A DNA stretch of 64,000 nucleotides, taken from Eledone cirrhosa. Lineage: Eukaryota. The translations under genes were made by a program, and so were the position numbers. Below are positions 53,741 through 64,000 of this stretch, piece after piece (the first letter of the stretch is position 1; every line of letters starts with the position of its first letter). A model generated the notes under the pieces. It searched no databases and was not told the origin of the DNA. It saw only the letters and a list, made by a program, of their open reading frames with translations. The stretch is taken from NCBI GenBank assembly GCA_964016885.1, contig OZ024740.1, positions 202,058,001 through 202,122,000 of the forward strand, written 5' to 3'.

Positions 53741-54110
53741 TCATCATCATCATCAACGTTTAACGTCCGTGTTCCACGCTTGCATGGGTTTGGACGGGGG
53801 TAATCCCACTTGAGGCAAGAGTGATTTTCTTGCTCGCATAGGACTGTCTGGCAGGTTTTCTACAGTTGGATGCCCTTCCTAACACCAACCACATTTACAG
53901 TGTGGGGCTGGGAGGTTTTTACCGTGTTGCCTACACGGCCACATTACAGCGTGGACTGTGTGTTTTTTTGTCGTGACACCTACACGATCTCATTTGTTTC
54001 GGCCTGGATGGCGCGGCACCAACATAACTTTACATAGAACGGGGTGGTGTGGATGGGGTGGGGGTGGTGGTGGTGGGACGGGGTGTATTTTGTTAGAGAT
54101 GCCTACTGGC
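53741..54110 (-). mobile_element. RTE-tailed SINE family C
   Basis: ggtgttaggaagggcatccagc core plus cccatgcaagcgtggaa..ggacgttaaacg(atg)n tail; copies near 34048(-), 35945, 37620, 39185, 43260-43750 and 53140. Confidence 0.8.
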
Positions 54111-54228
54111 AAGGCGGGTCTTCTCTATTACTGAGTACCGCCAAAGGTCTCGGTCCAGTGACATTGTCTTGGTGAGGTGATATGTATATATATATATGTA
54201 TGTGTGTATACAGACACACACACACATG

Positions 54229-54272
<44 letters not shown>

Positions 54273-55299
54273 TATATACACACACAAATACATATGGCAG
54301 ATTAATATGGTTAATAGTAACAAAAGGGTTTAAAGAGGTGCCAAACCATCAGTTTCCAGAAAATCGATGGTCTGCCAGCATTTCAATCAATTAACAAATT
54401 ATTTTTGTTTACAGAAATCAAGAAAATTATATTGAATCTAAGCCAGATTCATGTTCCATTAGCAACTGAATATTAATGGATTTTATTTGACTTCTCAAGT
54501 TAATAATAGTGTTTAAAAAATTCTATTTATACTCTAAAATGTGCAGATGAAGTGCTGTTAAAATGATGACAAAAATTCATCTAATGGCATTAAATATATT
54601 TACATATTCCTTTATATGTGTATATGCATTTTTTCTCCGGTTGTGTGTGTATATATGTATGTGTGTGTGTGTGTGTACATATCTTTATATGTGTGTGTAT
54701 TTACGTATGTGTATGTAAATATGTATGTGTATAAATGTAATGGCTAATATTCTATATTATTGTATCTTTGGACAAGGTATTTAAATTTATGTTTCAGTTA
54801 AAATATTTTAATTGAGATCCTGAATTGTCTTTTATCACTGCTAAAGAGAAGGAAGAACTTGAGATAAATTGGTCTGTTGTGAATCTCAGAACTAGTTTTT
54901 GGATGGTTGTGGTTGTGTATGAAACTAGAGGGTCCAAATGTGTTTATATATACTACTTATGTATCATAATTATTCCATACATAATCCTACCCAAGAACAA
55001 AAAACTACAAATCGAAGCTAGCAAAACCACACCACACAAAATACAATTCCCCAATTAAATAAAATCCCAAGAGAAAACCCCTTTGTACCAGAGATCTTTC
55101 AATAGTAATCTTAGTTCATATAGTATCAGAAGCATGATAAAATATATATAATTTTTTCCTTACACAACTCTATCCAACAACTAAATATAATAAGCCTAAA
55201 GTAGTGAAAAAACACATAACAAAAAATACAATTACCCAGTTAAATAAAATTTCAATTTAAACTAACTCATTATATTGGTACTAAGAAGACGAACTGCAT

Positions 55300-55470
55300 C
55301 AGGCCACAATCACCTACAATATCTGGTTTCTGAACCACCATGCCAGCTAACATGCTGAAGACATTATTTGTGTTCTGTACAACAATTTACTCTTATAGGG
55401 AAAGTTATATCATTAGAAAATGGAGTAACAATGGGTTCTTCATTAAGGTCTATGTTTACCAAGGTCATAT
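55300..55470 (+). mobile_element. Decayed Penelope-like RT fragment
   Basis: MLKTLFVFCTT / FTLIGKV..ENGVTMGSSL resembles the PLE RT motif QxxGxxMGSPL. Confidence 0.5.
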
Positions 55471-55744
55471 TAGCACATCACTGGGTTCCAAATCTTTCAG
55501 GTTATCAGATATTTCGAGACTCTGCTGGCACTAATCTCATTGACCCTACCTGCTATGAATTGGCAGCAGCAAATACCAACACAAAACACTTCATTTAAAA
55601 GATGAGACTATGAAGGTCTTGAAACATTGATGATAGATTTTGGAACTTTAATATTCCATCCAAATAGCAAGAAAATCTTTCAAAAATTATTCAGGAGTGT
55701 TTATATAGAGAAAATAAATCATGAAATTAAGAAAAAGGCATTAA

Positions 55745-55991
55745 CCCCTTTGATACCAAACCACCTAAAACTACCTCTGGTTTTATAATACAAGTTTAGT
55801 TTTAAGTGTTTATCTAAAAACCATTCATCGTAATTTTATATAAGAACCTCTGTTAAGTTATGCTCCAAACATCAGCTTAATAATAAGAAAATTAGTTTAT
55901 GTTACTAAATCCCTCCAAATTCTTGATTATTTTAAAAATTATTTAAAAATCATAAGTAGTGTCTTTCATTAGAAACATAGTAATGAAAGGG
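55745..55991. mobile_element. piggyBac-like MITE
   Basis: TTAA|CCCCTT ... AAAGGG|TTAA; same family as 24604-24836. Confidence 0.7.
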
Positions 55992-56090
55992 TTAAGAGTT
56001 GATAATTATTTCAGGAGCAATTTATTGCATATTATATTAAAGGCAAGGAAAAGAGAAAGTTCATTAATTTGGAATTTTATATAAACATTG

Positions 56091-56226
56091 GCATTGATTA
56101 ATAATGATTTATACTACTATTAACTACTATTAACTACTGAGCATTGATTAATAATGATTTATACTACTATTAACTACTATTAACTACTGAGCATTGATTA
56201 ATAATGATTTCTACTACTATTAACTA
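56091..56226. repeat. 50-bp tandem repeat, ~2.7 copies
   Basis: gcattgattaataatgatttatactactattaactactattaactactga; first two copies identical. Confidence 0.92.
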
Positions 56227-56331
56227 GAGGAATAAACAAGTCACATGATGATCTGATAATTCAAAAATTTTGAATGCCATTTCTTTGTTAAAAGTCTGGT
56301 TTTTACCTTTAATTGCTCCCTTTTGTTTCAG

Positions 56332-56516
56332 GTGAGAGATCTTACCAGTGTGAGGAATGTGGCAAGACATTCCTACATCAGCGTTATGTCAACGCACATG
56401 TTCGCCGTATTCACAATCTCAGCAGACCTTTCAAATGTGAATATTGTACGAAAGCCTTTGCTCACAACTGCCACCTCACAGAACACATTGCTATGCATTC
56501 TAGAGAGAAGACTTGA
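56332..56516 (+). CDS. C2H2 zinc-finger protein, terminal coding exon (fingers 3-4)
   Basis: Acceptor ttttgtttcag| completes HTG-ERSY in phase; YQCEECGKTF..H...H and FKCEYCTKAF..H...H; stop 56514-56516; aataaa at 56537. Joined CDS 495 nt = 164 aa. Confidence 0.9.
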
Positions 56517-57304
56517 ATGTGAGGCAATGGAAAATCAATAAAACATCTCTCCATCCAGCTTTCTCCATAAGTATAACCTAGTCACAGCCATCTTCTGAGG
56601 AATCTGCACATGATTTCAGTTCTTCTTCTCCCCTAAACATCCACTTTCATTTCTCCTTTCTTATTCAAAAAGACTAAATCGAAATGCCTGCTTAGTTTAA
56701 AAACTTTCAATGCTTTCTCTTCAACAGGAATTCACAACTTCTTTTTGTAATAACCCACTTTTGGTTTTATTTTAGTTCTCCCTGTGATCCACATCTTTAA
56801 TATATGATATCTTACATATAAAAACTTTTTAAAGTTTGAGGTTTACAGAGAACACCACAATGGCCTACAAGTATATTATATTATATGTTACATATAAACA
56901 TTTTGAAAGGTTTAAGGCCCATGTTTGATTTTCTTTTAGTTCTACCCATGGCCCACATGCATGTTATTATCATATCTTATATATAGAAATTTTAAAAGAT
57001 TTCAGGCTGACAGAGAACACCTCAGTAGTTCAATTTAGAGCCATGGCTTCCTTGTTACTGAACCCTGCCCTTTAGCATGCTTATATATCAAAGCATATGA
57101 AAGCTTTACCTGATTTTTTAGATGATTTATTACTAGAATAGTTTAAAATATCCAGAGTAAACATTGGAAGAATTTCAGGCTAGTCCATTCCTCACTTTCC
57201 TGTGTTCTGCTATGTTTGGACCAGTCCATTCTTTTGTCTCATCTTTAAATACTGTATTGACCTACACTGGACCTCCAGCCTCCCACACCCAACACACACG
57301 CATA

Positions 57305-57520
57305 TTACCTTAACCTTTAATTCCAACCTTAACTCTAGTCTCTAAGCGTAACACCTAACTTCTAACCTCAATTCTTATTGTTTAACCCTAAGCAGTAATC
57401 CTAACACATAACCCTAAATTCTAGGCCCAACACTTATCTCCTATTCCTAAGCATTAATCCTAATGACAACCTTAATTCCTAATCTCTAACCCTGGCATTA
57501 AACCCTGACTTTAAACAATA
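57305..57520. repeat. Degenerate telomere-like (CCTAAC)n hexamer tract
   Basis: Recurring cctaac/aaccct/cttaac at 6-bp period. Confidence 0.55.
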
Positions 57521-57583
57521 TCCTAAAATAATACTCACTTCAACTCACATCATTTAATTGAGTTTAAATAACCAACACTTTAG

Positions 57584-57625
57584 CAAGTAATGTGCCCTGA
57601 TGACTTCATCAGGGCACATTACTTG
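57584..57625. repeat. Perfect 20-bp hairpin
   Basis: caagtaatgtgccctgatga ct tcatcagggcacattacttg. Confidence 0.92.
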
Positions 57626-57799
57626 TTAAAGTTGTTAGCTGTGTGAAAACCTGAAGTTATTTTGAAAAATGTTGATTTTAATCCCATCTTAACTCTTAAT
57701 TTCCTGTACCACATGAAAACACAGCAGCAAAATATTCTAGAAAAGTACAAAGTAGAATACAGCAATGAACTCTCTAATGTAAGAGGGATAACTGTAAAC

Positions 57800-58320
57800 A
57801 TTATGTAATAAATCAACAGCCATGCACACAGGTCATTATTTTTACAATAATTGATGATATCCCATTAAATAGTAAAGTTTTGAATCTATTACTAAACATT
57901 TTCACAACCATCTGTCCACAAATAAAGATGTGATAAATAGTTGAATTAACAAACTAGTTTATAGATTATGTAATAAATTAACAACTATTCACACAAAACA
58001 TTGTTTTTTGCATAATTGAATAGATCACATTAAATATCAACACCTTGAATTTAATATTACAAAATTTCACAATAATCTGTTCACAAGTAAAGATACTATA
58101 GATATTTGAATTAACAAACCTGTTTTTTAATATTTTCTGCTAGATCATTACAGGATATTAAAAGTTAATTAACAACCATGCACAAGGAACATCATATTTG
58201 GTATAATTGACAGCAACACAACACATTAAATATCAAAACCTTTAGGCTAATACTACAAATTTTCACAATAATCTATGTACAAATAAAAATACTATAAACA
58301 TTTGAATTAAAAAACCTGTT
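57800..58320. repeat. Degenerate ~170-180 bp tandem repeat, 3 copies
   Basis: Recurring aattaacaa..atgcac, cattaaatatc, tttcacaataatct and ttgaattaacaaa blocks. Confidence 0.75.
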
Positions 58321-58689
58321 TGAGCAGAAAAAGGTGAGAGAATTCTGGCTGGATATGGCTGGTTTAAATGCTAAAGGGTTAAGAAAATGTAAATATTTAG
58401 AATTAAGGACATCTGAAGACTATCAGAACACGGCCCAATCCAAAAACATAGTAAAGAACACAAGAAACATGAGATTAATGGTTCAAAACTTTAAAACTAT
58501 CCTAACCTTTACAATGTACAGTTTGTTGAGACAGGAATGGTCCATTGAGATTCTGTCTTTTTACTTTCATTTTATTTTATTTTAATTTTTCGAAAATAGT
58601 CATTCATGGAATATTTCATTTCATCTTATTTTTAAAATTTCTTTAATGACATTAATTATTGAATTTTTTCCCCCTTTGAAATATTTTTT

Positions 58690-59480
58690 TATTGACTTTC
58701 ATCCTTAATGGGTCAATACAATAAAGCACCGGTAATGCACTGGGGGTTATTGTTGGCCTTGTGCCAAAAGTAGAAACAATTATTATTATTATTATTATTA
58801 TTTATTATTATTATTGGCAGTATCGGTAGAGGGTCAGACGATATGCTTTGACACATAGAGTTACGGCCCTTGCCATTCTGAGTTCGAATCCTGCCAAGGT
58901 TAACTTTGCCTTTCATCCTTACGGGGTCGATAAAATAAAGTACCAGTAATGCACTGGGTAATTGCTGGCCTTGTGCCAAAAAGTAGAAACAATTATTTAT
59001 TATTATTATTATCATTATTATTAATATTATTATTATTATTAGTAGTAGTAGTAGTAGTAGTATTAGGGTGGTGGATTGGCAGAATTGTTAAAGTGTTGGA
59101 TAAAATGCTGTGGCATTTGTTTCGGCTCTTTACGCTCTGAGTTCAATTCCCATCGAGATCAATTTTACTTTTCATCCTTCTGGGATTGGTAAAATAAGGT
59201 ACCAGTTAAGTACTGGGGTCAATATAATCGACTATCCCCTTCCCCCAAATTGCTGGTCTTGTGCCAATTGGTAGTATTGGTAGAGTGTTGGACAAGATGC
59301 TTACTGCATTTAGTTATATCCCTTTACATTCTGAGTTCAAATCGCATCAAGGTCAACTTTACCTTTCATCCTTCCTGGATCGATAAAATAAAGTACCAGT
59401 AAATGCACTGGGATCGATATAATTGACCCTCCCCCTTCCCTTGATATTGCTGGCCTTGTGCCTAAAGTAGAAACAATTAT
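58690..59480. mobile_element. Cluster of four family A SINEs (one minus, three plus)
   Basis: Central domain repeated near 58700, 58910, 59170 and 59363, separated by (att)n tails. Confidence 0.85.
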
Positions 59481-59585
59481 TATTGGAACAAACTCCTTAC
59501 TAAAATACTTCATCTTTGTTATTGAACAATATTATTATTTATTATTGAAACTATTATTTATTATTGAGTAACAAGTTTCTCAATA

Positions 59586-59636
<51 letters not shown>

Positions 59637-62059
59637 TCTCACTATTATCAATCAGATGTGATTTCTGCAGATTTCTCAGTTAGATAGTTGAATGAAATAT
59701 ATCACATATATATCTCTTCGCATATATATATATATTACATACACACACACACACATGCACTCACTCACACACGCACGCACACACACACGTGAATATATAT
59801 TTATATATATATATATCAAACTTCGATAGCGTATCATATACTCATACACATATTACATATTTACATCATATTGATATCATTATAACAACACATACATTTG
59901 CATAATATTTGAAAATATATTTGTTCTTTAAAAAGCCACCACAATGCTGATTACTATAAATAATAATCAAATAAGTCAGATAAAATATTCCTGGTGATGG
60001 AAAAAAGAGTGTACAGAACTGCCTGTGTAATGGTGAAACATGGTCGTCTGGTATACAACAATTGTATGGTTTATTTCTTGCTGTCAATTCTGTTCACATT
60101 TTTTTATCTTGAAGGGTGTTTTACTCAACTTATTCAACTGTTACTTGCATTGAGCTGTCTTTTCAAAAAGCAGAATATATTTTTAAAATCTCCTCAATGT
60201 TTCAAAAACGAACCAAAAACTAATGTTTATAATAATATTTATTGATATAAACAATATGTCATATACAGCCACTCACATTTATCAGATATTCAACTACATT
60301 GGGCAAACCATAAATATATACTACTACATCAAGCAAACCATAAATATATATACTAATGCATCAATACATCAGAGAAAATTGTACATACATATATATTCAC
60401 ATTGTATATTCTTTGGTGTATAAATATACACCCTATTACATGTATACATTTTCGTGTTATATCAGGAAAGTGTAGATGTAAAGTTTTTCATTGCATTGAA
60501 TGTATATGAACTTATTCATACAGTATAGCTTAAACACAACAAATGTTTGTGTTTATATACATACATATATATATATACACTATATATGAATATATATATA
60601 CATACACATACACGCACACACACATATATATATATATACACTTACTCATTCATGTATGCACCAGTTACCAGTTACACATATACAAGTATTATTATATACA
60701 TATTCATACATATACACAGATGATACATGTGATATATTTTCTTCTCATTAATGTTTCATAAACATATTTCATAATAAAAAAACAACAACAACAAGAAAAG
60801 CAAGAGAGATAATTTTATTACCAAAGTTTACGAAGAATTTGGCTTAATTTTATTCCATGTCTTCATTTTCTGTTGGCTAAACATGTGAGCTGATATTAGG
60901 AGCTGACTTTCTGTGTCTTGATGGAAAATCGGCAAACAGCAGTTGAAAATAGTTGATTGAAGTATATATAAATATAAACACACAAATATGGATTTGATGA
61001 CAACCAGAGAACTTGGTGGATAATTCTTGGATATTGGATTCTCTATTCCAAACTGGAAGAATTTACCAGAACTTATGACTTAACTTTATCCAAAAAAAAA
61101 AAAAAGGAAAAGTATGGAAGCAAACAATTTTTTTTTTTTAATACATTCCTAATAAAAATACTTTTTTTTTCAAGCTTGTTGACCAAATACACTTTATTGA
61201 AAGCATATATTCATGCACACAAGCACATACACACACTCACATACACACACGCATACACACATATACCCACACATGCACACATACATGCACACGTACACAC
61301 AAGCACACACACACACATGCACACATACACATATGCACACATACACACACACTCACACGTACACATACACACACACACACACAAACACATACATATACAC
61401 ACACATATAATTTTGTTATTCTTCAAATGTCACTAATGTATGTAAAATAAAAACATACATACCACATTATTTAATTTTCAAAATATTACACATTGACTTT
61501 TTTTTTGTTTTCTACAAATGGATTATATTTATTAAATCGAAGTTCTTTGACTTCATTCTGGAAATAATCCTTATCCTCTTACTTGCTTCCTTAACCAATA
61601 ACTACCCCATTCCAAAAGATCTTGCCCTCTGGAGATGTAAGATACATAACACATTTTTACATATTTCGGGGATGAATAACCTTTTTGAAGCAGCATTATT
61701 TTATCCAGCTACAAAAATCAGGAGAATGGCTGTTGGATAATTCCATTGATTCATTCTACTCAGGATGAAAGTATGTCATGGTAATGTATAGAATTGAATA
61801 ACATGTTGGGCTCTAATAACATCCTTAGTAGGCCCAGCATTGACATGAACACCTGTATGACAGCATTTCATTTAGAAATAACAAACCAGTTAGGAAAGGA
61901 AAACATAACAGAGTTATATGTCAAATATATTGCTATTGCTGTGTGATATTTATTCACCTATGATGGTGGTGCCCCAGCATGGCCTCAGTTTGTCAGCTGG
62001 AACAAGGAAAAGATATTGAAGATTAAGAAAAGGAAGGAAAACACAGTTGAGGTATGTAC

Positions 62060-62403
62060 CATATGAAACTGCACTAAGTAAACATGCTTGAAAAGTACAA
62101 AACAACAATATGGCTGCATCACACTAAAAATTGAAGTCTTTATTTAAATACCACATGAAACTGCATTAGCAAGACATTCTTGAAAAATACAAAACAATAT
62201 GGCTGCTTCACATTAAAAATTAAAGTCTTTACTTTAACACTGCATGGAACTTCATTAGCTAAAGATTCTTGGAAAATACAAAACAACACTATAACTGCAT
62301 CACATTAAAAATGAAGTCCATATTTAAATACCACATGAAATTTCATTAGCTAAACACTCTTGAGAAGTACAAAACAGCACTATGACTGCATCACATTAAA
62401 AAT
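62060..62403. repeat. ~90-bp tandem repeat, ~4 copies
   Basis: catgaaactgcattagc...aaaatacaaaac..atatggctgcatcacattaaaaat recurring. Confidence 0.85.
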
Positions 62404-63039
62404 TAATGTGATAGTAAAGATACTAAAAACATTTGAATTAACAAACCCACATTTAGAACTTTTCTGCTAAAACATTACAGTGTTAAGAGTTAAGAAGAGA
62501 AGGTAAAACATAAGCAGGGTATATCAGAGACATTGCCAATGCTATGTAACATATGAACAGCTATAATATTGAAAATTAATTCTTAACATCTTGTACCACA
62601 TGAAACCTCATTAACAAGACATGAATATTGATGATTTAATTGATCAACTAATAGCTGATAAGCCTATTTTACATTTGAAAATGTTTGTGATGTATGTATG
62701 ATAATGTTTATTACTAATTGCATTTGATGGTCTGTCCACAAGTAAAGGTACTATAAACATTTGAATTAACACACCAATTTTAAAACATTTTCTACCAAAT
62801 CATTATAAGATATTAAGAATCAAGTAAAAGAATATGTTCAACTCTGAAACTGAAGATTAAGAAAAAGAAAGAAAACGTTCTCAAGTGAGAACCTGGAACC
62901 TCAGAGATCGTGGTGTCATATTTTTTAAACTGAAGGACATATCAAAAATGTAACTGTTTGTGATGTTGATGTGCAGTGATGGACCTACATTTTGATGACC
63001 CAGTACCTAAACTGTTACAGGGATCCCTTGAAACTAGTG

Positions 63040-63572
63040 AGTATAAGGCATCAGTTGCTTCTGAGACCCCTCCATAAATAGAGGCCCTGAAGCTTGAACT
63101 GTTATGGTAACCAGAAAGAATAAGACAACAGTGGCTTCTGAGACCCCTCGAGAGTTACACTCCCTGAAGCTTGAACTGTTTTTAGGGCCCCTTGGCAACC
63201 AGAAAGAATAAGGCAACAGTTGCTTCTGAGACCCCTTCAGTGATAGAGTCCCAGAAGCTTGAACTGTTATGTGGGGCCCTTGGCAACCAGAGAGAATAAA
63301 ATAGCAGTTGCTTCTGAAGCCCCTTCCAAAGATAGAGTCCCTGAATGTTTGAACTGTTTTAAGGGCTCCTTGGCAACCAGAGTGAATAAGGTACCAGTAG
63401 CTTCTGAAACCCTTCAGAGTTCGAGTCCCTGAAACTTGAACTGTTATGAGGCTCCCTTGGCAGCCAAAAAGAATGAGGTACCAGTTGCTTCTGAGGCCTC
63501 TCCAGAGATAGAGTCCCTGAAGTTTGAACTGTTATGAGGGCTCCTCAAGAGATAGAGTCACTGAAGTTTAAA
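63040..63572. repeat. ~88-bp minisatellite, ~6 copies
   Basis: gttgcttctgag at about 63054, 63131, 63219, 63307, 63397 and 63484, each followed by ccctgaagcttgaactgtt. Confidence 0.9.
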
Positions 63573-63866
63573 CTCCATTAGATTTATAATAGATCTACCA
63601 CTGCTGATATGGTTAAAACACTGCTGGAACCTTTAACTTGCTTCTCCTTCTCATAAATTCTCTAAAGAAGATTTGTCTTTATGTTTTTTCTTTCGTATTT
63701 TCTTTTCATTGTGTAATTTTTGTTTAGGAATGATATAACAATGATGGATGTTATTTTCTCAACTGATGCAATAGTTACACTGAATCACTGTCTTACACAT
63801 GTTAATAATTATATCTGCTGCAAATGTTTTTGACACAATTTATGACAATCTTTCTTTATTTATCAT

Positions 63867-63950
<84 letters not shown>

Positions 63951-64000
63951 ATATTATATATATATATATATATCATCATCATCATCATCGTTTAACGTCC

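Noticed and set aside
57305-57520. True telomere or chromosome fusion site
   Set aside because: Highly degenerate, short and in one orientation only.
59985-60052. CTGGTGA...GAAAcatggTC candidate
   Set aside because: Core mismatch and no stem I pairing.
63040-63572. CRISPR-like periodic array (also 40514-40640 and 56091-56226)
   Set aside because: Whole units repeat with no unique spacers, no cas genes, eukaryotic context.

Overview
AT-rich, microsatellite-saturated ((TA)n, (CA)n, (CAT)n, (GATA)n) animal genomic DNA. The repeat families and gene type suggest an octopus or other coleoid cephalopod; this is inference, not a database result. One host gene is supported: a compact four-finger C2H2 zinc-finger gene on + (coding exons 44037-44346 and 56332-56516, about 12 kb intron). 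The rest is mostly mobile DNA: a decayed Penelope-like element (PLE) with Naiad-type motifs (10034-14472), a Tx1/L1-clade LINE in a (GATA)n tract, a near-intact RTE LINE with a PHD-like finger antisense in the ZNF intron, two DD37D (maT) transposons, Tc1- and piggyBac-type MITEs, Helitron-like elements and several SINE families. The strongest unexplained signal is a dense, sequence-diverse set of type I hammerhead ribozyme (HHR) motifs. Nine have an intact core and several more are one or two mutations away. They sit in short PLE pseudo-LTR-like units among (TA)n/(CA)n tracts, often as head-to-head fold-backs. All folds and alignments were made by eye; most ORF-track entries are microsatellite artefacts.
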